Numbered from the stretch's first letter, positions 39,355 through 49,799 are shown. The stretch is DNA of 64,000 nt from an uncultured Brevifollis sp. (GCA_964642905.1 CAZXPU010000002.1:34154-98153); one strand, 5' to 3'. Notes: a model not told the origin generated them from the sequence alone. Numbers and translations are program-made.

Positions 39355-40155
39355 TCAGCGCAGGGCCTCACGCACCATGACCGGGTCGTCCGTGGTGATG
39401 CCGTCCACGCCCAGTTTGGCGAAACGCTTCACGTCCTCCGGCTTGTTCACGGTCCAGACATAGAGGCCGAAACCGGCGTCGCGCACCTGCTTCACCATCG
39501 CCTCATCCCAGGGAAAGTCCGCCATGCCGAGGTCCAGGCCGTCGAGCTTGTCCGCCTGCGTGTCGGCGATGAGCGCGGCCAGATCCGTCGGCTTCTTGTC
39601 CTTGGTCTTGCCGGAGGCCAGGCGGTACACCTTGATCCAGGGCATGGCCTTTTTCGACTCCGCCGCCGCGTCGCGCTTGAAGGCGATGATGGCGAGCTGC
39701 GCCGCACGGTCCTTCATCGGCTCCAGGATGCGCTTCAGCTCCGGCACGATCTCCGCGCCGCATTTCACCTCGATGAAGAATCGTTGGTTGCCGACCGGCA
39801 GGGTGGCCAGCGCCTGCTCAAGAGTCGGAATCTTTTCACCCGCCCATTCCGCGCCCTTCCAGGCCCCGGCGCCGAGGGCGGTGAGGTCGGCCTGCTTCGA
39901 CTTTGCAACGTCCAGCTTCACGCCGGTCGTGCGCCGCGTGTCCTTGTCATGAATGACCGCCGTTTTGCCGTCGGCGGTGAGGTAGACGTCCAGCTCGCAG
40001 GCATCCGTGCCGCTCTTCCAGGCCAGGTTGAAGGCGCCAAGCGTGTTCTCCGGCGCACGTTCGGAATAACCCCGGTGGGCGACGATCTCGATGGCGTGGG
40101 CGGACATGGCGGCAAGGAGGAGGCTGCAGGCGGTGAGCGATTTCAGTTTCATCAT
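39355..40155 (-). CDS. Glycerophosphodiester phosphodiesterase, secreted
   Basis: Signal peptide; VAHRG, ENTLGAF, ELDV, IHD, IEVK, VWTVN, GVDGITTD. Confidence 0.92.
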   Translation of the reverse strand: MMKLKSLTACSLLLAAMSAHAIEIVAHRGYSERAPENTLGAFNLAWKSGTDACELDVYLTADGKTAVIHDKDTRRTTGVKLDVAKSKQADLTALGAGAWKGAEWAGEKIPTLEQALATLPVGNQRFFIEVKCGAEIVPELKRILEPMKDRAAQLAIIAFKRDAAAESKKAMPWIKVYRLASGKTKDKKPTDLAALIADTQADKLDGLDLGMADFPWDEAMVKQVRDAGFGLYVWTVNKPEDVKRFAKLGVDGITTDDPVMVREALR

Positions 40156-40284
40156 CGGGAGTTCAACGAAGCAAGCAGGCCGGACCCTTCGCGACAATGC
40201 AAATCCTCCCGGGTCCGTGCGGCCCGCAGCCTCATTTTTTGTGCAACGACAGGGGTGCCAGGCCCCGTTTAGACGGGCTCCGCC

Positions 40285-40926
40285 ATGAAACTCCCCGCCT
40301 GCCTCCTCGTCCTTCTCTCCACCGCCTGCCTTGCCGCCGAACACCCTGACACCTCCGGATGGAAGGATCTCTTCGCGGCTGACCTCTCCAACACGGTGGC
40401 CCCGGGCGGCTGGGCCTTCAGCAACGGCGAGCTCGTCGCCCACGACCATGACACCCTCTGGACGAAGGAATCCTACGGTGACTTCATCCTCGATCTTGAG
40501 TTCAAGGTCGCCAAGGAGTCCAACAGCGGTGTCTTCCTCCGCTCCGGCAACATCAAGGATGTCCTCTCCGCCCTCGAAATCCAGGTCCACGACAGCGCCG
40601 ACGGCAGCAGGTACGGCATGGTCGCCGCCATCTACGACGCGATGCCTCCCTCCAAAAGCATGGCCAGGCCCGTGGGCGAATGGAACCGCTACACCATCAC
40701 CTGCAAGGGCCCGAAGGTGACCGTCGTGTTCAACGGCGAAACCGTGATCGACGCCAGCCTGGACAACTGGCCCGAGATCGGCAGGAACCCGGACGGCACG
40801 CCTAACAAGTTCAAGAAGGCCCTCAAGGACTTCGCACGCAGCGGCCCCATCGGCCTCCAGGGCCTGCACGGCAAGGCTCAGGCGCCGGTCTGGTACCGCA
40901 GCCTGAAGATCAAGCCGCTCGAATAG
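40285..40926 (+). CDS. DUF1080 (3-keto-disaccharide hydrolase-like) protein, secreted
   Basis: GWKDLF, YGDFILDLEFK, NSGVFLR, EIQV, GEWNRYTI, GPIGLQG..H, VWYRSLKIK. Confidence 0.9.
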   Translation: MKLPACLLVLLSTACLAAEHPDTSGWKDLFAADLSNTVAPGGWAFSNGELVAHDHDTLWTKESYGDFILDLEFKVAKESNSGVFLRSGNIKDVLSALEIQVHDSADGSRYGMVAAIYDAMPPSKSMARPVGEWNRYTITCKGPKVTVVFNGETVIDASLDNWPEIGRNPDGTPNKFKKALKDFARSGPIGLQGLHGKAQAPVWYRSLKIKPLE

Positions 40927-40937
40927 GCCCGCCCGCC

Positions 40938-42365
40938 TCAGCGCAGCCGGCCTAACAACTCGAGGATCTTCGCCGTGATCTTCACCGAGGCCTCGCGCTC
41001 GACCCGGTTGGTGCCCAGCCACGTCTCGTAGCCGCCCAGCTCATGCTGCGCCGGCGTCGGCAGATAGCCGTTGCTGCCGTTGGCCAGCTCGATGGTGAAG
41101 GTGTCCTTGAAGGGGCTGCGCGCCTTGATCTCAAGGCCGATCTCCGTGAACACCTCGAAGGGGATCGCGGCGACGCCCAGTTCGCCGATGCGGAAGCCCT
41201 GCATGACACAGCTCACCTGGTCCGGCCTCGCATCGCGGGCCGTCAGGGTGCGCTCCGCATAGGGCTGCTCAAGCCGGTGGACAGGCTCGCCGCCCTTGGG
41301 CTTGGCCAGCACGCCCTCCGCCCACTGGATCATCTCCGGCGTTGGCCGGCGCACCTGCAGCTGCAGGTCCTCCACGACCGCCTTCAGCGGCACCCAGTCC
41401 TGATGCTTCACACTCTCACGGACCCGCAGCACTTCGGCCGCCAGGTCACCGGCCACGATCCGGATCTTCTCATAAGGCTCGCGTTTCACCGCGGGCGTTT
41501 TGCCGCTGTAATCATTGTTGTTCACGTCACCGCAGGGACCGTTGGCAAGCAGGCCGACACAGGGCGGGTCCAATCCGCCCGTGCTGAGCTTCGCCTCGAT
41601 GGCCCGGCAGAATTCCCCAAAGTAATCCGCCGACAGATGCTCTCTTGGCACTCCACCGACATAATGCAGCCAGTAGTTGGTCAGCATGGCAATCTGACGA
41701 CCGTCCGCCGCCTGCACGGACAGGCAGTAAACCTCGGGATTGGTCGGTCCGGCGGGCCCGGCAAGGCGTGACCTCAGCAGGCTTCCCGGGTTCATCACCG
41801 CACGATCCTGGCCGCCGAAGGGGTTCGGATTCGTCATGCCGTCCTTGAGCAGCCAGCGACGGTTGAAGACATGCTGCGGCAGCCGGCCCGCGCCCCAGCC
41901 GATGCGGGCGGGCTCCAGGTTGTTCACGGCGCGGCGCACCCCGTCCACCACCCGCGAAATGATGAGTCGGCGGTAGTCCATCGAGGGATCCTTGCTGGGC
42001 AATGCCGAGACGCTGGAGTGCGTGTGCGTGCCGGAAAACATCAGGTTCGAGGCCGGGATGCCCGTGGCGGCCTCGACCTTCTGCTTCGCCTCGTCCCAGA
42101 CCTCGCGTCCGAGCGACAGCGTGTCTGCCACGACAAAGGCCAGCTTGGTCGTGCCATCGTCGAGAACGAGGCAGCGGGCGTGCAGTTCATCGTGCACATG
42201 CTCAGCGACGGGCCTCGGCGCAAAGTTGCCGACAATCTCCATGCCCAGCGGCGGCGTGATGCTGCTGGTCGCCGCCCCCGCCTTGAAAACCTTGTCCTGA
42301 GCTCCGGCCAGGCAGGTGGAAAGCAGCAGGACCAGCAGGGTGGCAGAGCGAACGAGTGGTTTCAT
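40938..42365 (-). CDS. Neutral/alkaline ceramidase-like zinc hydrolase, secreted
   Basis: HDELHARCLV, GTHTHS, VFNRRW, LHY, GPCGDVN, PFEVFTEIG, GYLPT, GGYE. Confidence 0.82.
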   Translation of the reverse strand: MKPLVRSATLLVLLLSTCLAGAQDKVFKAGAATSSITPPLGMEIVGNFAPRPVAEHVHDELHARCLVLDDGTTKLAFVVADTLSLGREVWDEAKQKVEAATGIPASNLMFSGTHTHSSVSALPSKDPSMDYRRLIISRVVDGVRRAVNNLEPARIGWGAGRLPQHVFNRRWLLKDGMTNPNPFGGQDRAVMNPGSLLRSRLAGPAGPTNPEVYCLSVQAADGRQIAMLTNYWLHYVGGVPREHLSADYFGEFCRAIEAKLSTGGLDPPCVGLLANGPCGDVNNNDYSGKTPAVKREPYEKIRIVAGDLAAEVLRVRESVKHQDWVPLKAVVEDLQLQVRRPTPEMIQWAEGVLAKPKGGEPVHRLEQPYAERTLTARDARPDQVSCVMQGFRIGELGVAAIPFEVFTEIGLEIKARSPFKDTFTIELANGSNGYLPTPAQHELGGYETWLGTNRVEREASVKITAKILELLGRLR

Positions 42366-42536
42366 GGAGGCGGAGTCATACGTCGGCGGCGGCAGATTTT
42401 CGCAAGGCACGGCAGCCCATGAAGCACGCGTCTGCGCCATGCCGTGATTGATCGCCTCAGACCGGCAGAATTTGCGGGCGGGGCTGCGGCCTGCTGTGTT
42501 AGGCTTTCGTAGTAGTTGGTTACGCAAGCCCCCCGC

Positions 42537-45500
42537 ATGAAAACGCCGTCCCTTCCTGTCATCCTGACTGTTCTTCTCACCGCCGTCTGCGCGCATGCGC
42601 TCACTCCGCAGGAGATGCAGCAGCGCAGGCAGGAGATTGTGACCGCGATGCCGGCGCTGAAAAACCAGCCGGAATCCTTTTCCGGCCTGGTGAAGCATCC
42701 CGGGCTCAGCGCCAGCACCTGGGTGCGCTTTCCTTTCGTGCAGAACCCGGGCAGCCTGGGCATCGACCGCAAGGGACGCGTCTTCGTGGCCGAAGTGAAC
42801 CGCTTCTGGCAGGGCGTCGCGGATCTGCGCGGCGTCAACGAGTTCATCCGCGGTGACTTTCAGTCCAGAACCCTGGAGGATCGCGTGAAGCTGCAGAACT
42901 CCATCCCGGGGCGTGTGCCGGAGGGCTTCTGGACCAGCACCGCCGACCGCCTCATCCGCCTGGAGGATGCCGACGGCAACGGCGCGGCGGACGGCCGCAG
43001 CGTCTTCGCGGACAGCTTCTACGAGCAGCTCGACGGCCTCGGTTTCTCCGTGCTGCCGGAGGATGACGCGGTGTATTTCACCTGCATCCCCAGCCTGCGA
43101 AAACTGACGGACGCGAACGACGATGGCGTCGCCGACACGAATGACCCGCTGGTCACCGGCTTTGGCGTGCGCGTGTCCTTCATCGGCCACGACCTGCACG
43201 GCCTCGTGCGCGGACCGGACGGGCGTCTCTACTTCAGCATTGGCGACCGCGGCTATCATGTGACCACCAAGGAGGGCAAGGTGCTCGCGGAGAGCGGCAG
43301 GGGCGCGATCTTCCGCTGTGAGTCCGACGGCACGGGCTTCGAGGTCTTCTGCCACGGCCTGCGCAACCCCACCGAGCTGGCCTTCGACGAACACGGCAAC
43401 CTGTTCACCTTCGACAACACCGGTGACATCGGTGACAAGGCGCGCATGATCTATGCGCTCGAGGGCACGGACTCCGGCTGGGACATGAGCCACCAGTGCG
43501 CGCATCAGTATGTGGACCACATGGACTGGGAGAACTTCCATCCCAAGGTCAGCGTGTGGGTGGCGGAGAAGATGTTTGCCACTCAGGGGGAGAACCGCCC
43601 GCAGTGGGCCTATCCGCCCGCGGCCAATGCAAGCCGGGGCCCCTCCGGACTTGCCTGGATCACAGGACAGGCCGCGCCTGAGGACCTGCGCGGCAAGCTG
43701 CTTCTCGCCGACTATGGCGGCGCTCCGCAGAGCTGCAAGGTCACCGCCTATGGCCTGAAAAGCAGCGGCGCGGGCTTCACGGTCGGCAGTGAAGAAGTCG
43801 TGGTGGAAGGCGTGGGCGCGAGCGATGTCGAGCAGGGCTTTGATGGCGGCATTTACATCTGCGATTTCGGCGGCGGCTGGTCCGTGAACTCGAACGGGGC
43901 CATCCACAAGCTCACGCCCAAGGAGGCTGCGTTGCAAAAAGCGGCCGTCGAACTCGCCACGGCATTCAAGCGCGGCCTTGCGAAGGACACGACAGATCAG
44001 CTTGCCGTGGCACTGACCTCGCCTGACCGACGCCTGCGTCAGATGGCGCAGCTTGAACTTGTGAAACGCGGCGAGGCCGGGCGGGCCGTGCTGCTCGCCA
44101 CCGCCAAAAACACTTCTTTCACGGTGACCAGCCGTTTGAACGGCGTCTGGGGCCTGGGACAGTTTGCCCGGCAAAACCAAACGCCCGCGACCGCCGCGCT
44201 CATCGAGCTCTCCAAGGATGCCGAGGCCGAAATCCGCGCCAATGCCGCCCGCATGCTTGGCGATGCAGGTGGCGAAGGCGTGCAGGGCCGCCTGCTCGAA
44301 ATGACAACCGACGATTCGCCACGCGTTCGCTCTCTCGCCCTCATCGCCCTGAGCCGGGTCGCCAAGCCTGGAGATGCAGCCGCCCTCACGCCCGTTCATG
44401 CGGCGGCGAAGGCCAATGCGGGGGCCGACCTCGTCCTGCGTCATGCCTGCGGCACCGCCATGAAACGTCTGGGCACCGCCGAAAGCGCGCTCGCGCTGAC
44501 CAACAATGCCAGCACGGAACTGCGCCTGCTCGCCGTGCTTCAGCTTCGTCATCAGGAAAGCCCTGAACTGGTCCGCTTTCTCAGTGATCGCGACGCCGTG
44601 ATCCGCAACGAGGCCATCCGCGCCATCTACGACACCGCCGCGCTCGACACTGCGGCTGGCGAGGCCTTGGTGAAACTGACTGCCAACTCGGAGATGCCTC
44701 TTCTCGTGCAGCGCCGCATCGTCTGCGCCAGCTATCGCAAAGGCGGCACCGAGAATGCTCGCCTGCTCCTCCAGCACGCCGCGAACAGCGCGCTCGATCT
44801 CAGCGTGCGCGAGGCCGCACTGCATGGACTGCGCCTATGGGAAAAGCGCATCACGGCGGATCCCGTGCTGGGTGGCTACCGTCCGATTCCCGGCGCGGCG
44901 CGCAGCCTCAGGGATCTCGGCGGCGTCATCGGTGACGCCCTGAAACAGTTCCTCTCCAGCCAGCCGCCCCCGAAGCTCGCCGCACTCGCCCTGAAACTTG
45001 CCGACGACACCGGCACCCAGCTTGAAACCGCCACACTCGCCGACCTGGTCGGGGATGTGAAACAGCAGGCCGCCGTCCGCACCGCAGCGCTCGACAGCCT
45101 GATGAAGTCCTCGCCCGAGGAAGCCCGCAGACTTGTCGCCGCCCATCTGACGGACAGAAATGCCGAGGTCGCCGCCGCAGCCCTGCGTCATGGGCTTGCT
45201 TTGAAGATCGACGGCCTCGCCGACGCCGCCCGCAAAGCCGTCGACAACGGCCCGCTGCCCTCTGCACGCGCCGGCCTGGAGATTCTCGCCGCCCAGCACC
45301 CCGCAGAAGCTCTGGAGCGCTGGACGAAGCGCGAATCCAACGGGCTTCGTCGCGAGCTGTGGCTCGACCTCTTTCTTGCTCTGCAAACCTCCAAGGACGC
45401 CGCCGCGCAGCAGGCCGCCACCGCCTTTGCCGCCAGCGCGATGGAAGCCGTGCCGATGCTCAGCGTCATCGGCGGCGATCCCAAGGCTGGCGAGGTCGTC

Positions 45501-45944
45501 TTTCGCAACCAGGGCGCCTGCCTGCAATGTCACAAGATCGGCAACGACGGCGGCATCCAGGGCCCGGCGCTTGACCTGGTGGCCGAGCGCCTGAAGCCCG
45601 AGAAAATCGTCGAGTCACTTCTCAATCCGAATGCCGAGATCGCCGCCGGCTACGGCATGTCCTCGGTGACGCTCGCGGATGGCGCCCAGGTGGCCGGACG
45701 CATCACCGAGGACACGAAGGAAAAGTTCACCCTCATCGGCCTGGACGGCAAGGCGAGCACCTACCCGCGTGACCAGATCAAGACCGTCACCCCGCCCATG
45801 TCCGCCATGCCGCCGATGGCCATGGCCCTGCCACCGCCGATGCTGCGTGACCTCGTCGCCTATCTCCGCACCCGCGACCACAGCACTGCACCCAAGGGCG
45901 GTGCGGGTGCTCATGGCGACGAGAAGGAGAAGGTGGCGAAGTGA
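42537..45944 (+). CDS. PVC-type heme-binding protein (propeller dehydrogenase-like + HEAT repeats + cytochrome c)
   Basis: LEDADGNG and LTDANDDG, HDLHGLVRGPDGRLY, GLRNP, HEAT-like repeats (EIRANAARMLG), heme motif CLQCH, GPALD. Confidence 0.88.
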   Translation: MKTPSLPVILTVLLTAVCAHALTPQEMQQRRQEIVTAMPALKNQPESFSGLVKHPGLSASTWVRFPFVQNPGSLGIDRKGRVFVAEVNRFWQGVADLRGVNEFIRGDFQSRTLEDRVKLQNSIPGRVPEGFWTSTADRLIRLEDADGNGAADGRSVFADSFYEQLDGLGFSVLPEDDAVYFTCIPSLRKLTDANDDGVADTNDPLVTGFGVRVSFIGHDLHGLVRGPDGRLYFSIGDRGYHVTTKEGKVLAESGRGAIFRCESDGTGFEVFCHGLRNPTELAFDEHGNLFTFDNTGDIGDKARMIYALEGTDSGWDMSHQCAHQYVDHMDWENFHPKVSVWVAEKMFATQGENRPQWAYPPAANASRGPSGLAWITGQAAPEDLRGKLLLADYGGAPQSCKVTAYGLKSSGAGFTVGSEEVVVEGVGASDVEQGFDGGIYICDFGGGWSVNSNGAIHKLTPKEAALQKAAVELATAFKRGLAKDTTDQLAVALTSPDRRLRQMAQLELVKRGEAGRAVLLATAKNTSFTVTSRLNGVWGLGQFARQNQTPATAALIELSKDAEAEIRANAARMLGDAGGEGVQGRLLEMTTDDSPRVRSLALIALSRVAKPGDAAALTPVHAAAKANAGADLVLRHACGTAMKRLGTAESALALTNNASTELRLLAVLQLRHQESPELVRFLSDRDAVIRNEAIRAIYDTAALDTAAGEALVKLTANSEMPLLVQRRIVCASYRKGGTENARLLLQHAANSALDLSVREAALHGLRLWEKRITADPVLGGYRPIPGAARSLRDLGGVIGDALKQFLSSQPPPKLAALALKLADDTGTQLETATLADLVGDVKQQAAVRTAALDSLMKSSPEEARRLVAAHLTDRNAEVAAAALRHGLALKIDGLADAARKAVDNGPLPSARAGLEILAAQHPAEALERWTKRESNGLRRELWLDLFLALQTSKDAAAQQAATAFAASAMEAVPMLSVIGGDPKAGEVVFRNQGACLQCHKIGNDGGIQGPALDLVAERLKPEKIVESLLNPNAEIAAGYGMSSVTLADGAQVAGRITEDTKEKFTLIGLDGKASTYPRDQIKTVTPPMSAMPPMAMALPPPMLRDLVAYLRTRDHSTAPKGGAGAHGDEKEKVAK

Positions 45945-46038
45945 CGACTGGCATGTGCCTTTCAGGCAGGTGCCTGTGTCATGTGGAAAGCTGGAGGCGG
46001 GTCTCGACCGACGTTGAACCGGCTGATTCCGCACTGTC

Positions 46039-47799
46039 ATGCACCCTTCGCTCCAGCTCTTGATCCCGCTCTCCTGCATCCTCGCATCGATGCAGGCTTC
46101 TGAGCCACGCGACACGATGCCGGACACCTGGGCCGCCACGGATGCGCTCGGGCGCACCTTGCCGATGAGCACGGAGGTTGGCGCACCGCAGCCGGATCGC
46201 ACGGTGGGTCTCTTTTACTTCAACTGGCATGCCGCATTTGGAAACAAGCAGGTCCACGACATCGCGAAGATCCTCAAAGCCAGCCCCGCCTCGCCCGCCT
46301 GGGGGCAGGTGCAGGCTCCGCATTACTGGAGCGAGCCGCGCTTTGGCTACTACCGCCCCGAGGATCCCTGGGTGATCCGCAAGCACGTCCAGATGCTCAC
46401 CGACGCTGGCGTGGACGTGCTCATCCTCGACGCCACCAACGGCTTCACCTACGACGCCGAACGCGAGGCGCTCTGCCAGGTGCTGGCGCAAATGAAGTCC
46501 GAAGGGCATCGTGTTCCTGGCATCACCCTGTTTGCCTATGCGAATCACCTGCCGGTCGTGCAGCATCTGTGGCAGACGTTTTACAAACCGGGCAGGCACC
46601 GCGACCTGTGGTTCCAGTGGAAGGGCAGGCCGCTCCTGCTGACGCCAACCGACGGTTTGAGCGAGGAGGTGAAAGCCTTCTTCACCCTGCGCACCTCCTG
46701 GGCCTGGACCCGAGGCCACGCCTGGTTCGGCGACGGTCGTGACAAGTGGCCGTGGCTGGACTTCGCCCCGCAGGTCCCCGGCTGGCATGAGACGCCTGAC
46801 AAGGCTGAATGCGTGCCCGTTGGAGTCAGCCAGCACATCACCAACAACATCGGCCGCAGCTTTCACGACAGACGCCAGCCCGCACCGGCGGAGTGCCGGT
46901 CAGGAGAAGGCCTTTACTTTGACGAGCAGTGGCGCCACGCGTTGCCACAGCGGCCCGAGTTCATCTTCATCACCGGCTGGAATGAGTGGGTGGCGCAGCG
47001 CTTCCTTTCCGATGGTTCCATGAACTTTCAAGGCCGCAGGCTGCCTGCGGGAGAGACCTTTTTTGTCGACCTCTATGACCCGGAGTTCAGCCGCGACATC
47101 GAGCCGATGCGTGGCGGCTTTGGCGACAACTACTACTGGCAAATGGTCGCCAACATCCGCCGCTACAAGGGCGCGCGCCCGGCTCAGGCCTTGTCCGCCG
47201 CCAAGACCATCGCCATCCCCGGCGACTTCGCTCAATGGACCGATGTGAAGCCTGTCTATCTCGACGACCTGCACGACACGATGCATCGCGATCACGACGG
47301 CGTGCCCGGCGCAGGCCGCTACACGAACCAGAGCGGGCGCAATGACCTCGACACCGCACGCGTCGCCCACGATGCCACGCATCTCTATTTTCACATCACC
47401 ACCCGTGAACCCCTCACACCCGCCACGGACGCGGACTGGATGGTCCTGCTGCTCGACACCGATCAAATCGCCAGCACCGGGCGCAACGGCCACGACACCC
47501 GCATCAACCAAGCCCGCAGCGCTCCTGACAGGGCCGTCGTGGAGCGTTGGAACGGCCGGGCCTGGGAGTCCATCGCCGCCGCCGCGCTTCAGATTGGCTC
47601 CAACCAACTCCATCTCGCCGTCGAACGCACCTCCCTCGGTCTGGCCACCGACAAACCCCTGCGCTTCGACTTCAAATGGACCGACAACATCCCGGCCGAC
47701 GCGGATGCCTTTGATTTCCTCGATCAAGGCGACACCGCGCCAAACGCCCGGTTTCACTATCGCCACGCTCAACCCGAGGTCTCTGAGCCAGGAAAGTAA
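46039..47799 (+). CDS. GH99/GH71-like secreted glycoside hydrolase
   Basis: DTWAATDALGR, VGLFYF, HYWSEPRFGYY, AGVDVLILD, TGWNEW, FSRDIEPM. Confidence 0.7.
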   Translation: MHPSLQLLIPLSCILASMQASEPRDTMPDTWAATDALGRTLPMSTEVGAPQPDRTVGLFYFNWHAAFGNKQVHDIAKILKASPASPAWGQVQAPHYWSEPRFGYYRPEDPWVIRKHVQMLTDAGVDVLILDATNGFTYDAEREALCQVLAQMKSEGHRVPGITLFAYANHLPVVQHLWQTFYKPGRHRDLWFQWKGRPLLLTPTDGLSEEVKAFFTLRTSWAWTRGHAWFGDGRDKWPWLDFAPQVPGWHETPDKAECVPVGVSQHITNNIGRSFHDRRQPAPAECRSGEGLYFDEQWRHALPQRPEFIFITGWNEWVAQRFLSDGSMNFQGRRLPAGETFFVDLYDPEFSRDIEPMRGGFGDNYYWQMVANIRRYKGARPAQALSAAKTIAIPGDFAQWTDVKPVYLDDLHDTMHRDHDGVPGAGRYTNQSGRNDLDTARVAHDATHLYFHITTREPLTPATDADWMVLLLDTDQIASTGRNGHDTRINQARSAPDRAVVERWNGRAWESIAAAALQIGSNQLHLAVERTSLGLATDKPLRFDFKWTDNIPADADAFDFLDQGDTAPNARFHYRHAQPEVSEPGK

Positions 47800-47838
47800 A
47801 ACGCTACCCTTTGCGGCACCCTGGGTTCAAACCTGCGC

Positions 47839-48308
47839 ATGAAGAAAGCCCTGTTTGTCGCCTTTTTTTTGACATCCGCCGCCTTAGCCCAGCAACAGCA
47901 CGTCTGGGTGCTGCCGGAGGCGAATGCACCGGGACTGCGGCGCGTGCTTTTTGAGAGCAAGGCAGCCGGCCAGCCGGTGAGCTGTTATGTCTTCACCCCC
48001 AAAGCCTACGACGCGGAGAAGGAACGCCGGTTTCCCGTACTCTACTGGCTGCATGGCAGCGGTGGCAGGTTGTCGAACAAAATGCCGGCAGGCTGCGCGC
48101 CGGCCTACTGATCCGCCAGGTCATCGGCGACCGTGACGAGACGCTGCGCTTCAACCGCGACTTCCACCAGCATCTCGAAGCCTTGAAGATTCCGAACGCC
48201 TACCGCCAGCTTCCCGGCACCCCGCATGACCCCAGCCTCGTGCTCGACAGCCTCGGCGAGGAAAACTGGGGCTTTTACCGGCAGGCGCTGGGAGCAGGGA
48301 CAAACTAA
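47839..48308 (+). pseudogene. Secreted esterase with internal deletion and frameshift
   Basis: N-part ...PVLYWLHGSGG joins directly, in another frame, to the C-part VEQNAGRLRAGLLIRQVIGDRDET...PHDP...ENWGFYRQAL-stop; GxSxG region absent. Confidence 0.78.
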
Positions 48309-48410
48309 CGGGACGCCATCAAGATGGAGATGTTGTCGAACGTATGGTTCGGCCTGAAAAATCATGCAGCCGACCCTTCCATGTCTCATGCCATTCGACC
48401 ACCACGCGAA

Positions 48411-48947
48411 ATGAGGATGCTGACGACCCTCCTTCTCCTGGGCGGCCTCGCCCTGCACGCCGAGGACAAGCCCGCGCCGGCCAGGGCCGTGTTTGTCGTC
48501 TCCGGCCTCGAGTGCGGGAGCTGCGTCTACATGGTGCAGAACCAGCTTTCCCACACCTCCGGCATCGCCGAAGTCGAGGTGCTGCAGGGCGTCGAGGGCT
48601 ATGCGCGCGTGAACTATGATCCGAAGCTCATCAGCGAGCATCAGATCGCCCAGGCCGTGCGCGAGGCGCCGGGCCTGCACGGGACGCCCTACATCGCTTC
48701 GATGAAACTGCGCGTGCCGGGCTTCGCCAAAAAAGCGTCCCAGGTAAAGGCGCTTTTTGCGAAGTGGAAGCCGGCAATCGAAATGGAGGTCTGGGACGAG
48801 AAGCAGGGCGACCTGATTGTTTACTTTGAGGAGCTGAAGAAGGATCCCAAGGGAGCATTCCCCCGAGGCTGGAGCCTGACGGAGCTTTCCAAGAACATGA
48901 AGACTCTCGGCATGGCCTTTGAAATCCGCGCGCCTGAAGGCTTCTAA
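48411..48947 (+). CDS. Exported heavy-metal-associated (HMA) domain protein
   Basis: Signal peptide MLTTLLLLGGLALHA; VSGLECGSC, ARVNYDP. Confidence 0.75.
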   Translation: MRMLTTLLLLGGLALHAEDKPAPARAVFVVSGLECGSCVYMVQNQLSHTSGIAEVEVLQGVEGYARVNYDPKLISEHQIAQAVREAPGLHGTPYIASMKLRVPGFAKKASQVKALFAKWKPAIEMEVWDEKQGDLIVYFEELKKDPKGAFPRGWSLTELSKNMKTLGMAFEIRAPEGF

Positions 48948-48965
48948 CCCCCCTTCGACCCTTTC

Positions 48966-49799
48966 ATGCGACGCCTGCTTTTCCTCCTGCTGACCCCGCT
49001 GTGCCAAGCCACCGAATCCGTGCGCACGGAGCATGATGTCGACTACCTCGGCGGCGGACGACAGGAGAGGGCGGATCTTTATCTGCCCGCGACTCCGCAG
49101 CCGGGACAAAAATTTCCCGCCGTGGTCATCATTCATGGCGGCGGCTGGTCAGGCGGTGAAAAACGCGCGACTCGCGAGATCAACATCGGCACGACGCTCG
49201 CGTTGAATGGCTACGTCGGCATGAGCATCGACTATGTCCTCGCCAACAGTGAGCAGCCTGGCCCGACATGGCCGCAGAACCTTCACGACTGCAAAACGGC
49301 CGTGCGCTGGCTGCGGGCAAATGCGGAGCGCCTGCACGTTGACCCCGCGCACATCGGGGTCATCGGCGGCAGCGCGGGCGGTCATCTCGCCGCGATGCTC
49401 GGTCTGTGCGGTGGTGAGCTGGACCCTCCTGGTGAAGGTGACAGCCGGGTTCAATGCGCCGTCGACCTTTACGGACCCGTGCTCTGGTTTGAGCAGCGCA
49501 ATCTCGCCATGTTCCGCAAGGCTCGTGCCGAGGCGCCGGAGCTCTACAAGCAGGCCGACCCACGTTCCCACATCGACAAAAATGACCCGCCGCTGCTCAT
49601 CCTGCACGGCACGGCGGACAAAACCGTGGCCGTGGCCGACTCCGAGGCGCTCGCCGCCGCCATGAAGTCCGCAGGCGCGGCTTTTCAGCTCGAAATCATC
49701 CCCGACGCACCGCACAGCTTCCACCTGCAGCCACGGCAACGCGACCTGCGACCGCTCGTGCTCGGTTTCTTTGACAAGCACCTGAAGCCAGCTCCATGA
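48966..49799 (+). CDS. Secreted alpha/beta hydrolase (acetyl-esterase/BD-FAE type)
   Basis: IHGGGWSGG, GGSAGGHL, LHGTADKTV, APHSF. Confidence 0.9.
   Translation: MRRLLFLLLTPLCQATESVRTEHDVDYLGGGRQERADLYLPATPQPGQKFPAVVIIHGGGWSGGEKRATREINIGTTLALNGYVGMSIDYVLANSEQPGPTWPQNLHDCKTAVRWLRANAERLHVDPAHIGVIGGSAGGHLAAMLGLCGGELDPPGEGDSRVQCAVDLYGPVLWFEQRNLAMFRKARAEAPELYKQADPRSHIDKNDPPLLILHGTADKTVAVADSEALAAAMKSAGAAFQLEIIPDAPHSFHLQPRQRDLRPLVLGFFDKHLKPAP

Noticed and set aside
45951-45973. Hairpin GCATGTGCCT-TTC-AGGCAGGTGC after the heme protein gene
   Set aside because: Imperfect stem, no U-tract and no clear match to REP family A; too weak to call a terminator or REP
47805-47840. GGTTCAAACC resembling a tRNA T-loop
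   Set aside because: No acceptor, D or anticodon stems can be folded in the 39 bp gap
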